Shown here one piece after another: positions 12,301 through 24,614 of a stretch of DNA of 64,000 bases. Each line of letters starts with the position of its first letter. The stretch's first letter is position 1. Source of the stretch: Macrostomum hystrix (taxonomy: Eukaryota; Animalia; Platyhelminthes); the NCBI GenBank assembly GCA_950097015.1, contig CATNEN010000026.1, positions 1,364,001 to 1,428,000 of the forward strand, read 5' to 3'. A program made the translations under genes and the position numbers. The notes beneath the pieces are model-generated. The model saw nothing but the letters and a program-made list of their open reading frames with translations, was not told the DNA's origin and did no database searches.

Positions 12301-15300
12301 TCAGACTCTGGTTTAGCCATGATTCAGACTCTATTTTAGCCATGATTCAGACTCTGGTTTAGCCATGATTCAGACTCTATTTTAGCCATGATTCAGACTA
12401 TGGTTTAGCCATGATTCAGACTCCAGTTTTAGCCATGATTCAGACTCTGGTTTAGCCATGATTCAGACTCTGGTTTAGCCATGATTCAGACTCTGTTTAA
12501 GCCATGATTCAGACTCTGGTTTAGCCATGATTTAAATTCTGGTTAAGCCATGATTCAGACTCTGGTTTAGCCATGATTCAGACTCTAGTTTAGCCATGAT
12601 TCAGACTCTGGTTTAGCCATGATTCAGACTCTATTTTAGCCATGCTTCAGACTATGGTTTAGCCATGATTCAGACTCCAGTTTTGCCATGATTCAGACTC
12701 TGGTTTAGCCATGATTCAGACTCTGGTTTAGCCATGATTCAGACTCTGGTTAAGCCATGATTCAGACTCTGGTTTAGCCATGATTCAGACTCTGGTTTAG
12801 CCATGATTCAGACGCTGGTTTAGCCATGATTCAGACTCTGGTTTAGCCATGATTCAGACTCCAGTTTAGCCATGATTCAAGCTCATGGCTAAACCATGGT
12901 TTAGCCATGATTCAGACGCTGGTTTAGCCATGATTCAGACTCTAGGTTTAGCCATGATTCAGACTCTGGTTTAGCCATGATTCAGACTCTAGTTTAGCCA
13001 TGATTCAGACTCTGGTTTAGCCATGATTCAGACTCTAGTTTAGCCATGATTCAGACTCTGGTTTAGCCATGATTCAGACTCTATTTTAGCCATGCTTCAG
13101 ACTATGGTTTAGCCATGATTCAGACTCCAGTTTTAGCCATGATTCAGACTCTGGTTTAGCCATGATTCAGACTCTGGTTTAGCCATGATTCAGACTCTGG
13201 TTTAGCCATGATTCAGACGCTGGTTTAGCCATGATTCAGACTCTAGGTTTAGCCATGATTCAGACTCTGGTTTAGCCATGATTCAGACTCTGGTTTTAGC
13301 CATGATTCAAACTCTGGTTAAGCCATGATTCAAACTCTGGTTTAGCCATGATTCAAACTCTGGTTTAGCCATGATTCAGACGCTGGTTTAGCCATGATTC
13401 AGACTCTGGTTTAGCCATGATTCAGACTATGGTTTAGCCATGATTCAGACTATGGTTTAGCCATGATTCAAACTCTGGTTTAGCCATGATTCAGACTCTA
13501 GTTTAGCCATGATTCAGACTCTGGTTTAGCCATGATTCAGACTCTATTTTAGCCATGATTCAGACTATGGTTTAGCCATGATTCAGACGCTGGTTTAGCC
13601 ATGATTCAGACGCTGGTTTAGCCATGATTCAGACGCTGGTTTAGCCATGATTGAAACTCTGGTTTAGCCATGATTCAAACTCTGGTTTAGCCATGATTCA
13701 GACGCTGGTTTAGCCATGATTCAGACTCTAGTTTAGCCATGATTCAGACTCTGGTTTAGCCATGATTCAGACTCTAGTTTAGCCATGATTCAGACTCTGG
13801 TTTAGCCATGATTCAGACTCTATTTTAGCCATGCTTCAGACTATGGTTTAGCCATGATTCAGACTCCAGTTTTGCCATGATTCAGACTCTGGTTTAGCCA
13901 TGATTCAGACTCTGGTTAAGCCATGATTCAGACTCTGGTTTAGCCATGATTTAAATTCTGGTTAAGCCATGATTCAGACGCTGGTTTAGCCATGATTCAG
14001 ACTCTAGTTTAGCCATGATTCAGACTCTGGTTTAGCCATGATTCAGACTCTAGTTTAGCCATGATTCAGACTCTGGTTTAGCCATGATTCAGACTCTAGT
14101 TTAGCCATGATTCAGACTCTGGTTTAGCCATGATTCAGACTCTATTTTAGCCATGATTCAGACTCTGGTTTAGCCATGATTCAGACTCTATTTTAGCCAT
14201 GATTCAGACTATGGTTTAGCCATGATTCAGACTCCAGTTTTGCCATGATTCAGACTCTGGTTTAGCCATGATTCAGACTCTGGTTTAGCCATGATTCAGA
14301 CTCTGTTTAAGCCATGATTCAGACTCTGGTTTAGCCATGATTTAAATTCTGGTTAAGCCATGATTCAGACTCTGGTTTAGCCATGATTCAGACTCTAGTT
14401 TAGCCATGATTCAGACTCTGGTTTAGCCATGATTCAGACTCTATTTTAGCCATGCTTCAGACTATGGTTTAGCCATGATTCAGACTCCAGTTTTGCCATG
14501 ATTCAGACTCTGGTTTAGCCATGATTCAGACTCTGGTTTAGCCATGATTCAGACTCTGGTTAAGCCATGATTCAGACTCTGGTTTAGCCATGATTCAGAC
14601 TCTGGTTTAGCCATGATTCAGACGCTGGTTTAGCCATGATTCAGACTCTGGTTTAGCCATGATTCAGACTCCAGTTTAGCCATGATTCAGACTCTGGTTT
14701 AGCCATGATTCAGACTCTAGTTTAGCCATGATTCAGACTCTGGTTTAGCCATGATTCAGACTCTAGTTTAGCCATGATTCAGACTCTGGTTTAGCCATGA
14801 TTCAGACTCTGGTTTAGCCATGATTCAGACTCTAGTTTAGCCATGATTCAGACTCTGGTTTAGCCATGATTCAGACTCTAGTTTAGCCATGATTCAGACT
14901 CTGGTTTAGCCATGATTCAGACTCTATTTTAGCCATGATTCAGACTCTGGTTTAGCCATGATTCAGACTCTATTTTAGCCATGATTCAGACTATGGTTTA
15001 GCCATGATTCAGACGCTGGTTTAGCCATGATTCAGACGCTGGTTTAGCCATGATTCAGACGCTGGTTTAGCCATGATTGAAACTCTGGTTTAGCCATGAT
15101 TCAAACTCTGGTTTAGCCATGATTCAGACGCTGGTTTAGCCATGATTCAGACTCTAGTTTAGCCATGATTCAGACTCTGGTTTAGCCATGATTCAGACTC
15201 TAGTTTAGCCATGATTCAGACTCTGGTTTAGCCATGATTCAGACTCTATTTTAGCCATGCTTCAGACTATGGTTTAGCCATGATTCAGACTCTAGTTTAG

Positions 15301-18300
15301 CCATGATTCAGACTCTGGTTTAGCCATGATTCAGACTCTGGTTTAGCCATGATTCAGACTCTAGTTTAGCCATGATTCAGACTCTGGTTTAGCCATGATT
15401 CAGACTATGGTTTAGCCATGATTCAAACTCTGGTTTAGCCATGATTCAGACTCTAGTTTAGCCATGATTCAGACTCTGGTTTAGCCATGATTCAGACTCT
15501 ATTTTAGCCATGATTCAGACTATGGTTTAGCCATGATTCAGACGCTGGTTTAGCCATGATTCAGACGCTGGTTTAGCCATGATTGAAACTCTGGTTTAGC
15601 CATGATTCAAACTCTGGTTTAGCCATGATTCAGACGCTGGTTTAGCCATGATTCAGACTCTAGTTTAGCCATGATTCAGACTCTGGTTTAGCCATGATTC
15701 AGACTCTAGTTTAGCCATGATTCAGACTCTGGTTTAGCCATGATTCAGACTCTATTTTAGCCATGCTTCAGACTATGGTTTAGCCATGATTCAGACTCCA
15801 GTTTTGCCATGATTCAGACTCTGGTTTAGCCATGATTCAGACTCTGGTTTAGCCATGATTCAGACTCTGGTTAAGCCATGATTCAGACTCTGGTTTAGCC
15901 ATGATTTAAATTCTGGTTAAGCCATGATTCAGACTCTGGTTTAGCCATGATTCAAACTCTGGTTAAGCCATGATTCAAACTCTGGTTTAGCCATGATTCA
16001 AACTCTGGTTTAGCCATGATTCAGACGCTGGTTTAGCCATGATTCAGACTCTAGTTTAGCCATGATTCAGACTCTGGTTTAGCCATGATTCAGACTCTAG
16101 TTTAGCCATGATTCAGACTCTGGTTTAGCCATGATTCAGACTCTAGTTTAGCCATGATTCAGACTCTGGTTTAGCCATGATTCAGACTCTATTTTAGCCA
16201 TGATTCAGACTCTGGTTTAGCCATGATTCAGACTCTATTTTAGCCATGATTCAGACTATGGTTTAGCCATGATTCAGACTCCAGTTTTGCCATGATTCAG
16301 ACTCTGGTTTAGCCATGATTCAGACTCTGGTTTAGCCATGATTCAGACTCTGTTTAAGCCATGATTCAGACTCTGGTTTAGCCATGATTTAAATTCTGGT
16401 TAAGCCATGATTCAGACTCTGGTTTAGCCATGATTCAGACTCTAGTTTAGCCATGATTCAGACTCTGGTTTAGCCATGATTCAGACTCTATTTTAGCCAT
16501 GCTTCAGACTATGGTTTAGCCATGATTCAGACTCTGGTTTAGCCATGATTCAGACTCTATTTTAGCCATGCTTCAGACTATGGTTTAGCCATGATTCAGA
16601 CTCCAGTTTTGCCATGATTCAGACTCTGGTTTAGCCATGATTCAGACTCTGGTTTAGCCATGATTCAGACTCTGGTTTAGCCATGATTCAGACGCTGGTT
16701 TAGCCATGATTCAGACTCTAGTTTAGCCATGATTCAGACTCTGGTTTAGCCATGATTCAGACTCTGGTTTTGCCATGATTCAAACTCTGGTTAAGCCATG
16801 ATTCAAACTCTGGTTTAGCCATGATTCAAACTCTGGTTTAGCCATGATTCAGACGCTGGTTTAGCCATGATTCAGACTCTGGTTTAGCCATGATTCAGAC
16901 TATGGTTTAGCCATGATTCAGACTATGGTTTAGCCATGATTCAAACTCTGGTTTAGCCATGATTCAGACTCTAGTTTAGCCATGATTCAGACTCTGGTTT
17001 AGCCATGATTCAGACTCTATTTTAGCCATGATTCAGACTATGGTTTAGCCATGATTCAGACGCTGGTTTAGCCATGATTCAGACGCTGGTTTAGCCATGA
17101 TTCAGACGCTGGTTTAGCCATGATTGAAACTCTGGTTTAGCCATGATTCAAACTCTGGTTTAGCCATGATTCAGACGCTGGTTTAGCCATGATTCAGACT
17201 CTAGTTTAGCCATGATTCAGACTCTGGTTTAGCCATGATTCAGACTCTAGTTTAGCCATGATTCAGACTCTGGTTTAGCCATGATTCAGACTCTATTTTA
17301 GCCATGCTTCAGACTATGGTTTAGCCATGATTCAGACTCCAGTTTTGCCATGATTCAGACTCTGGTTTAGCCATGATTCAGACTCTGGTTAAGCCATGAT
17401 TCAGACTCTGGTTTAGCCATGATTTAAATTCTGGTTAAGCCATGATTCAGACGCTGGTTTAGCCATGATTCAGACTCTAGTTTAGCCATGATTCAGACTC
17501 TGGTTTAGCCATGATTCAGACTCTAGTTTAGCCATGATTCAGACTCTGGTTTAGCCATGATTCAGACTCTAGTTTAGCCATGATTCAGACTCTGGTTTAG
17601 CCATGATTCAGACTCTATTTTAGCCATGATTCAGACTCTGGTTTAGCCATGATTCAGACTCTATTTTAGCCATGATTCAGACTATGGTTTAGCCATGATT
17701 CAGACTCCAGTTTTGCCATGATTCAGACTCTGGTTTAGCCATGATTCAGACTCTGGTTTAGCCATGATTCAGACTCTGTTTAAGCCATGATTCAGACTCT
17801 GGTTTAGCCATGATTTAAATTCTGGTTAAGCCATGATTCAGACTCTGGTTTAGCCATGATTCAGACTCTAGTTTAGCCATGATTCAGACTCTGGTTTAGC
17901 CATGATTCAGACTCTATTTTAGCCATGCTTCAGACTATGGTTTAGCCATGATTCAGACTCCAGTTTTGCCATGATTCAGACTCTGGTTTAGCCATGATTC
18001 AGACTCTGGTTTAGCCATGATTCAGACTCTGGTTAAGCCATGATTCAGACTCTGGTTTAGCCATGATTCAGACTCTGGTTTAGCCATGATTCAGACGCTG
18101 GTTTAGCCATGATTCAGACTCTGGTTTAGCCATGATTCAGACTCCAGTTTAGCCATGATTCAGACTCTGGTTTAGCCATGATTCAGACTCTAGTTTAGCC
18201 ATGATTCAGACTCTGGTTTAGCCATGATTCAGACTCTAGTTTAGCCATGATTCAGACTCTGGTTTAGCCATGATTCAGACTCTATTTTAGCCATGCTTCA

Positions 18301-19110
18301 GACTATGGTTTAGCCATGATTCAGACTCCAGTTTTGCCATGATTCAGACTCTGGTTTAGCCATGATTCAGACTCTGGTTTAGCCATGATTCAGACTCTGG
18401 TTTAGCCATGATTCAGACGCTGGTTTAGCCATGATTCAGACTCTAGTTTAGCCATGATTCAGACTCTGGTTTAGCCATGATTCAGACTCTGGTTTTGCCA
18501 TGATTCAAACTCTGGTTAAGCCATGATTCAAACTCTGGTTTAGCCATGATTCAAACTCTGGTTTAGCCATGATTCAGACGCTGGTTTAGCCATGATTCAG
18601 ACTCTGGTTTAGCCATGATTCAGACTATGGTTTAGCCATGATTCAGACTATGGTTTAGCCATGATTCAGACTATGGTTTAGCCATGATTCAAACTCTGGT
18701 TTAGCCATGATTCAGACTCTGGTTTAGCCATGATTCAGACGCTGGTTTAGCCATGATTCAGACTCTGGTTTAGCCATGATTTAAACTCAGGTTTAGCCAT
18801 GATTCAGACTCTGGTTTAGCCATGATTTAAACTCTGGTTTAGCCATGATTCAGACTCTGGTTTAGCCATGATTCAGACGCTGGTTTAGCCATGATTCAAA
18901 CTCTGGTTTAGCCATGCTTCAAACTCTGGTTTAGCCATGATTAAAACTCTGGTTTAGCCATGATTTAAACTCTGGTTTAGCCATGATTTAAACTCTGGTT
19001 TAGCCATGATTCAAGCTCTGGTTTCGCCATGATTCAGACTATGGTTTAGCCATGATTCAGACGCTGGTTTAGCCATGATTCAGACTCTATTGTTGCAATG
19101 ATTCAAACTC
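9310..19110 (+). repeat. 23-bp satellite TTTAGCCATGATTCAGACTCTGG (~9.8 kb, ~425 copies) with higher-order repeats
   Basis: Direct reading; variant monomers recur at ~1.92-kb spacing; the ORF track has no ORF here. Confidence 0.98.
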
Positions 19111-19214
19111 AGATTTGCTATGATTTATGATATTTTATTTACGAAATGAAAAAAATAAATCAAAATAATCTTCAATCACTACTGGCTGAAAATTAGTTTA
19201 AATGATTTGACGCA

Positions 19215-19275
19215 GTGCAGAATCGAACCCTAGCCTAGCCTATAACCTATTCCTAGTGCCTACACATCGGCTATT
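19215..19275 (-). mobile_element. Possible degenerate tRNA-like SINE head
   Basis: Minus strand has GGTTCGATTC (B box) downstream of a weak A-box-like TAGCCGATGTGTAGG. Confidence 0.25.
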
Positions 19276-19369
19276 CCGACTGTAGGTTAGTGGGTGCAAA
19301 AATCAGCCTTATAAAATGAATTCTCAAAGTTCTGGCTTTGTACAATAAAGTAAGAAAATAGAGTACACT

Positions 19370-19750
19370 CAGTCTGGCGGTTGGTTGTGTACATTTATTT
19401 CCAATTTGTCTCCAGAGTGCAGGCTTCAAATTCAATCAGCTAGGGGTTGTTGCGCAATTTGACGATGCAATTCTAATTCAGTGGCAGTGAGTAAAATTCT
19501 CAATAGGCTAAGATGGTTTGACCTTTGAAAAATCATGTTTTTCGAATATTTAATCCCCTTAGCAATAAAGTTAAGCTTAATAAAAATACGTGTACAATTG
19601 TCCCCATATTTAGCATCTTTTGGTGAAGAAATGGTGAAAATCGGTTGAGCCGTTCGGAAGAAAATCAATTACAAGCAAGCAAGCAAGCAAGCAAGCATTT
19701 CATTTTTAGTATAGTGGAAGACAGACAGACTTTAGAGATTTAGTATAGTT
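19370..19750 (+). mobile_element. Possible Helentron/HINE (DINE-1/Lep1-like) non-autonomous element
   Basis: GAAAATCGGTTGAGCCGTTCGG followed by (GCAA)n, then (GACA)n, and ends in TTTAGTATAG (twice), the layout of HINE-type 3' ends. Confidence 0.4.
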
Positions 19751-19886
19751 GGATTAACATGCTACTTACTCGACTAAATACACCCAACATACTACTTACC
19801 TTACCTAATGTACATGTAATGTAATGTAATGTAATGTACTATTTAAAAATAAAAATGTATTAACTCTTCACTACACACAAACTCAC

Positions 19887-20330
19887 CTGTATCTATTAGC
19901 GACGCATAGAGACAATTGCAAGGTTAACAAATCCAAGCAAGCGATGGCCGAACACTCTCGATCCTGTGTAATGGGACTGGAATCGGTGAGTTGGGCTAGC
20001 AGATCTGACAGCTGGCGCAGGCAGCGGTCTGTGAGTTCGATGCAATACGGAGCAGTTAGATTCCTGGCGCGGCTAAAACGCCAGCCAATCAGAGTTGAGC
20101 TAGAATTCAGCAGGGCTAGGCCGGAGAATTCGCCAACTGCTAAGCGAACTGGCTGCTGCTGCTGAGTCGCCAGCTGACGCGGCTTCAGTTGCAACGCCTG
20201 AGGATTAACTGAATCTTGAGTCTGAGCTTGAGTTTTATCGCCAGCGCTGGCCCAGTTCTCCAGGTAGCTGCAAGTTTGGATGAGTTGCGACAACTGCACA
20301 ATGGGGATCTGGGAAAGACACAGTGACGAA
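19887..20330 (-). CDS. HERC2: HERC2-like, exon 5
   Basis: APYCIELTDRCLRQLSDLLAQL...QDRECSAIACLDLLTLQL matches HERC2 VPFVVDICSMTFEQLDLLLRQV...QEKECVAVATLNLLRLQL. Donor GTGAGT at 19886; acceptor at 20331 inferred from phase. Confidence 0.8.
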
Positions 20331-20430
20331 CTGAGGATCGTTTCTCATGGCGATCCCGAGCTGGGGATCTGGGAAAACATGGACTACATAATGAGGATCT
20401 GGGAAGACAGGGACTAGAAAATGAGGATCT
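20300..20430 (+). repeat. Short ~30-bp array with TGAGGATCTGGGAA core, overlapping the exon 5 acceptor
   Basis: GGGGATCTGGGAA / GAGGATCTGGGAA at ~30-bp spacing. Confidence 0.6.
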
Positions 20431-20559
20431 TGAATTGTGGCCCTTACGATGCTAAGTATCTGGCAATACTTAACTACTTAACTAGACCTACATATGCAAG
20501 TCTTAGCAAGTCCAATAAGCAGACAAAATTATCAAACTAATCTAAAAAATAACACTGAC

Positions 20560-21107
20560 CAGGTCCAACCGCTACGGACGCCACCGTTATCGACGAAGCT
20601 GCCGCTATCATTGGCTCCGTCGTCGCTGCGGTCATCGTGGAAAGAGTAAAACGGGCCGTCGCAACCCAAATACAAGCCGGCCACTTGGGCAGTTGCGAAA
20701 ACCCGAACAAAGACCTGATGATGCTGCTGCTGCTGCGGCTGCGGCCCAGCTGAGCAGCAAGATCCATTGCGACAATTCTCCGTGTAGGAGTACACCCGCC
20801 GACTGCGAGTCAGGGCGAAATAACTGGCGTCGCTGACAACCAAGCAGGTGATCTGCTCGCCCTCCGGAGCCGCCAGGTTCAGCGCTGTCAAACTGCCGCC
20901 GGTGGGCTTCAAGCGCGACTGATGCCGGCAGGCCTCGGAATGATTGAAATGCCAAACGCTGGCCGACGCTGGGCCGTATCTGACGGTGCGATCAGAGTCG
21001 CCGCAGGCCAGCATGTCGCCTGGCCGCATGTCGCGTGGCAACAGGGCCAGGTCTGGCGAGATCTGCCGGGGTGGGGAGAGAATTCGACGAGTAGGAGATT
21101 TGCATTT
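20560..21107 (-). CDS. HERC2: HERC2-like, exon 4 (degenerate RCC1-like repeats)
   Basis: Phase-0 acceptor TTCTCAG|AAA, donor GTCAGT; EQITCLVVSDASYFALTRSRRVYSY is an RCC1-blade-like segment. Confidence 0.7.
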
Positions 21108-21269
21108 CTGAGAATGGTCATCAATTCCAAAGATGAACAATAGTTTTTTCTACGAAAATATGTAATCAAATTTCAAATTACTCGATTTAAAAATATGAAT
21201 CCCATAAAAAATCTGACAATTGTCTCAGTCTCAATTGAGTAGGAATAACACAAATATTACGGGTTGCGG

Positions 21270-21514
21270 GCAATGGCACATCATTTGGTGACACTAGACC
21301 CGCAGCCAGCGAGGAGGCAATTCCGCCCATTTTGCTGACTCCTGAGCACACACGCACACCGAGACTGTACCCAGGCATACACTCACACTGCAGGTGTGTA
21401 CATCTGCCCTGACTTTCTCATCGTCAGGCAGTGTACACTCTCACTGTGCCTGGGAGGTTGACCCACAAGGGCGTAAATTGCACGACAAGCCCCCAAGCCT
21501 TCTCTCCGCGGCTG
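21270..21514 (+). repeat. Unclassified dispersed repeat, copy A
   Basis: Homologous to 22836-23132 and (inverted) 49949-50222: GCAGCCAGCGAGGAGGCAAT...CTGACTCCTGAGCACACACGCACAC...CATCGTCAGGCAGTGTACAC...AAGGGCGTAAAT...CACGACAAG. Confidence 0.8.
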
Positions 21515-21805
21515 AGAGAGACAACCACGTTGGTCTCTCTGCTACTCCACACCCCAAATTGAACATTAAGTATCCCATTCGAAATTGAGTAGGGATTACA
21601 GAAGAAAGACCAAGCTATTTCAAACCAATAGGGAAAGACCCCACTGCCTACTTCACGACAGCTCCAAAACCGAATGACCGATTTTCCGAGTCAGAATCGT
21701 CGAGATATTCAGCGATCTTGTCGAAAAACCTGGTGACAAGAACCAGTAACATTGCTCTGCATAAACTTCTATAAGCGAATCCGTTTTGAAATCCATCCGA
21801 CTCAC

Positions 21806-22675
21806 CTTGGACTCAGCGGTCAACGGAAGCGTCACTTTGCACGGCTCGGCGTTGGCGCATTTGAGCACAAAAGCGACGTGCCTCGAGCCGCAGGTTAGGC
21901 CGGAGATTGAGGCGCCAACAGCCCCGGTGAAAATCTCTGACGGCCAACAGTCCAGACGAACTAGACTGCCGCAGGCATCGCCTCCGCCAGTGTCATAGAC
22001 TAACAACTTCTGGCCAGCGTGAGTAGCGATGACGAGTAGATGACCGCGCCTGTAAGCAGCAATGTCAAATATGTCCGGTTCTGATAGTTTCCGAGCTGGC
22101 GAATCAAACGAGCTGTAGATCAGAGCCCCAACTGCGGGCTGGAGTAGGGCGACGAAATTCGCCCCAGTTGCCACCTTGGAGATGGCAGCCGATGGTGCTT
22201 GCAGTCGGCGAACCAGCCGACCAGACGGGCCGTACTGCATCAGCGTCAGTCGACGATTCGCTTCTTCGTTCTCTTCGTCGACAGCGTCGACTAGAAGAAA
22301 TTCACTATCAACATTTTCAGCTTCTACAACCTCCGAAGACGTTGTCGCTGTCGCCGATTCATTCGGCGCTCGCCGATTTGCCGCCGTAGAAAACATCGGC
22401 GAAGCCGACGACAATCGTCGAACTGCCAGGCAGTCCAGAAAGCACATTATGTGGCAAGTCGCTTGACGGAGGTCGACATTCGGCGAACTGCTGGGCAGAC
22501 GCCAGTGCTGAATCGGTTGCCAGGCGGGCGAGCTCGGCAAGGCGTCGCGTTGACTCGCCTGGAGACGGCGAAGCAAGCCGAGCAGTGGCGCCTGGGACAA
22601 TCGGTTTGGCTTGGCGGCACGGCGGAGCTCCGACAGGCTCTGGACGAGGTCTAACAGAGCGGAGAGGCGGCCCTC
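21806..22675 (-). CDS. HERC2: HERC2-like, exon 3 (start of degenerate RLD1)
   Basis: EGRLSALLDLVQSL...QAPLLGLLRRLQ matches HERC2 QRGTLSQMLSAILLLL...SAPLLPLLQRFQ; 870 nt, phase 0/0, donor GTGAGT. Confidence 0.8.
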
Positions 22676-22835
22676 CTGAGTACATGTTAATTAGGGGACT
22701 GTGAGTAGGCGCAGCTATATAATACTATTTAGTTGAATGATTTTGATTCGTGAACTCATGCGAGAGCTCAAATTCTCAGCCCATAGAATATTTTTTGTGT
22801 TAATAATAGTCTTTTTTCGCATGAGGGCTGCAGGC

Positions 22836-23132
22836 ACAATGGCACACCATTTGGTGGCGTGCAGCAGCACGCAGCCAGCGAGGAGGCAATGCTGCCTATT
22901 TCGCTGACTCCTGAGCACACACGCACACAGATATTGTACGCAGACACACGCTCACACTGTTGTGTACATCTGCACTGACTTCCTTATCGTCAGGCAGTGT
23001 ACACTCACTGTGCCCTGGAGGTTGGCCCTCAAGGGCGTAAATTTCACGACAAGAACCCAAGCCTTCTTGCCGCGGCTGCGCCTCAAATGAATGTGGCCTC
23101 GTCGCGGAATCGAGCTCAGGGACCTTGGTGAC
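22836..23132 (+). repeat. Unclassified dispersed repeat, copy B
   Basis: See copy A. Confidence 0.8.
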
Positions 23133-23169
23133 TAGGACTAAATAGAAGTGCAGCAGGTAAGCAGCTGAC

Positions 23170-23731
23170 CTGAAAGTGCAGATGCACCAATAGCGCCAGG
23201 CAGACCCGGCGAATCCCGCCGGGAGCCTCCGCTGAGAAGGCCGCCTCGCGCAGAAACGACGCGCCTCGTTCAAAGATGCCCAGCCAGGGCGAGGCGGCCG
23301 GTTCGCCGCTCAGTCTGGCCTTACCGAACGGCAGCTGTTCAACTTGACGCAGTAAATCATCTAGGAGCTCCTGGCACATCGCTAAATCGGAGCCGGAGGC
23401 TCCGGCCGGTTGGCACCAGGAGCGGCGCAGGAAGGCGAAGGCGAAAGAGGCTCCGCAGTTGGCGAAGACTTCGCCGAGAGAGCGTGGATTATGAGTCGCC
23501 GACGTCGCTGAGATTGGCAACGATAATTCAGCTGGCAGAAGGTCGACAAAATTCGACGAATCGTCGAGATTATTCAAAAACAAATCGACCGTTAATTCTT
23601 CGTTGATTGGAGCAAAATCGGCGTTACCGTCGGCTGCAGTTGAATGGCCGCAGCGGCCGTCTAGAATTTCTGCGTGGCGCGGCAGAAGTTCTCGGAGCAG
23701 GCGGTCACAATAGGGACTCGCCGTGCCCACA
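23170..23731 (-). CDS. HERC2: HERC2-like, exon 2
   Basis: SFAFAFLRRSW...DLAMCQELLDDLLRQVEQLP...WLGIFERGASFLR matches HERC2 SFAFAFLRRAW...DLCSELLQESLDALRALP...WLEVVERATRFLR; acceptor ATTTGCAG, donor GTCAGC. Confidence 0.88.
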
Positions 23732-23799
23732 CTGCAAATAGAGAAATCCGCCTTTATTTTAACCTAATTCAAGTTTCTTTCATTAAACCGTAGCTGGAT

Positions 23800-24140
23800 A
23801 AAGACCACTTTCATGAATTCGGATATTATTATGGATAAAGACTAACTTCAGAAACAGGTTTAGGATAAAGAACCACTTTAAAAACAAGCTTTATGATAAG
23901 GACCCCACTTCATAAAACTAGTTTTAGGATAAAAAAACGCTTTAACAACTAGCTTTAGGATAAAGACCAACATCAGAAACTAGCTTAGGGTAAAGACCCA
24001 TTTAGAAAATAGTTTTTAGGATAAAGACCCACTTCAGAAACCGGTTTAGAATAGAGACCCACTTCAGAAAACTGATTTAGGATAAAGACCCACTTCAGAA
24101 ACAATATTTAGGATAAAGACTCACTTCAAAAACTGAAATG
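23800..24140 (+). repeat. ~30-31-bp degenerate tandem array TTAGGATAAAGACCCACTTCAGAAAC...
   Basis: Direct reading. Confidence 0.85.
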
Positions 24141-24204
24141 AAGATTCATGAAGAACCAAAAAATCGTTAAGGCCAGAACTCCATAGCAAGAAAGAAAGTC
24201 CTAC

Positions 24205-24614
24205 CGGTGCCCGATCTGCACGGCTAACACTCGCAACTCGTCCGCCCGCTGACGGCAGAACTGGGCGCTCCGATCTGAAGCCCGACTGGCCGAGGCGGAC
24301 CACAAGGCGGCCGGGTGTGGCAGCGCGTCATCTCCGCTAACAATGACTGACCTGCCACCGCCAGCAACAGCTGCCGTCACTGCTGGCATCAAACGATTGG
24401 CATTGCTGTCGCTGCTACCGAATCCACAGCTGTCAACCAGCTCTGGCATTAGAAGAAATTCGATGTGATCGCCGCCGATGCCGACGCCATTGTCGGCAGT
24501 AGCTGTGCCACCTCCGACACGTGCTGAGGCAGCATTTTGTCGAATTATTCTATAGGCTTGACATTCCGGCGATGCAATCCAGCGATTCCATGTGGCATCC
24601 TCTGCTGGCTGCAT
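24205..24614 (-). CDS. HERC2: HERC2-like, probable first coding exon (MQPAEDATWNRWIAS...)
   Basis: ATG at 24614; GC-rich open frame; donor CG|GTAGGA is in phase 2 with exon 2; little recognisable homology. Confidence 0.6.

Noticed and set aside
21653-21805. Extra HERC2 micro-exon after a 37-nt intron at 21805-21769
   Set aside because: Exon 3 (phase 0) joins exon 4 (phase 0) directly; not needed
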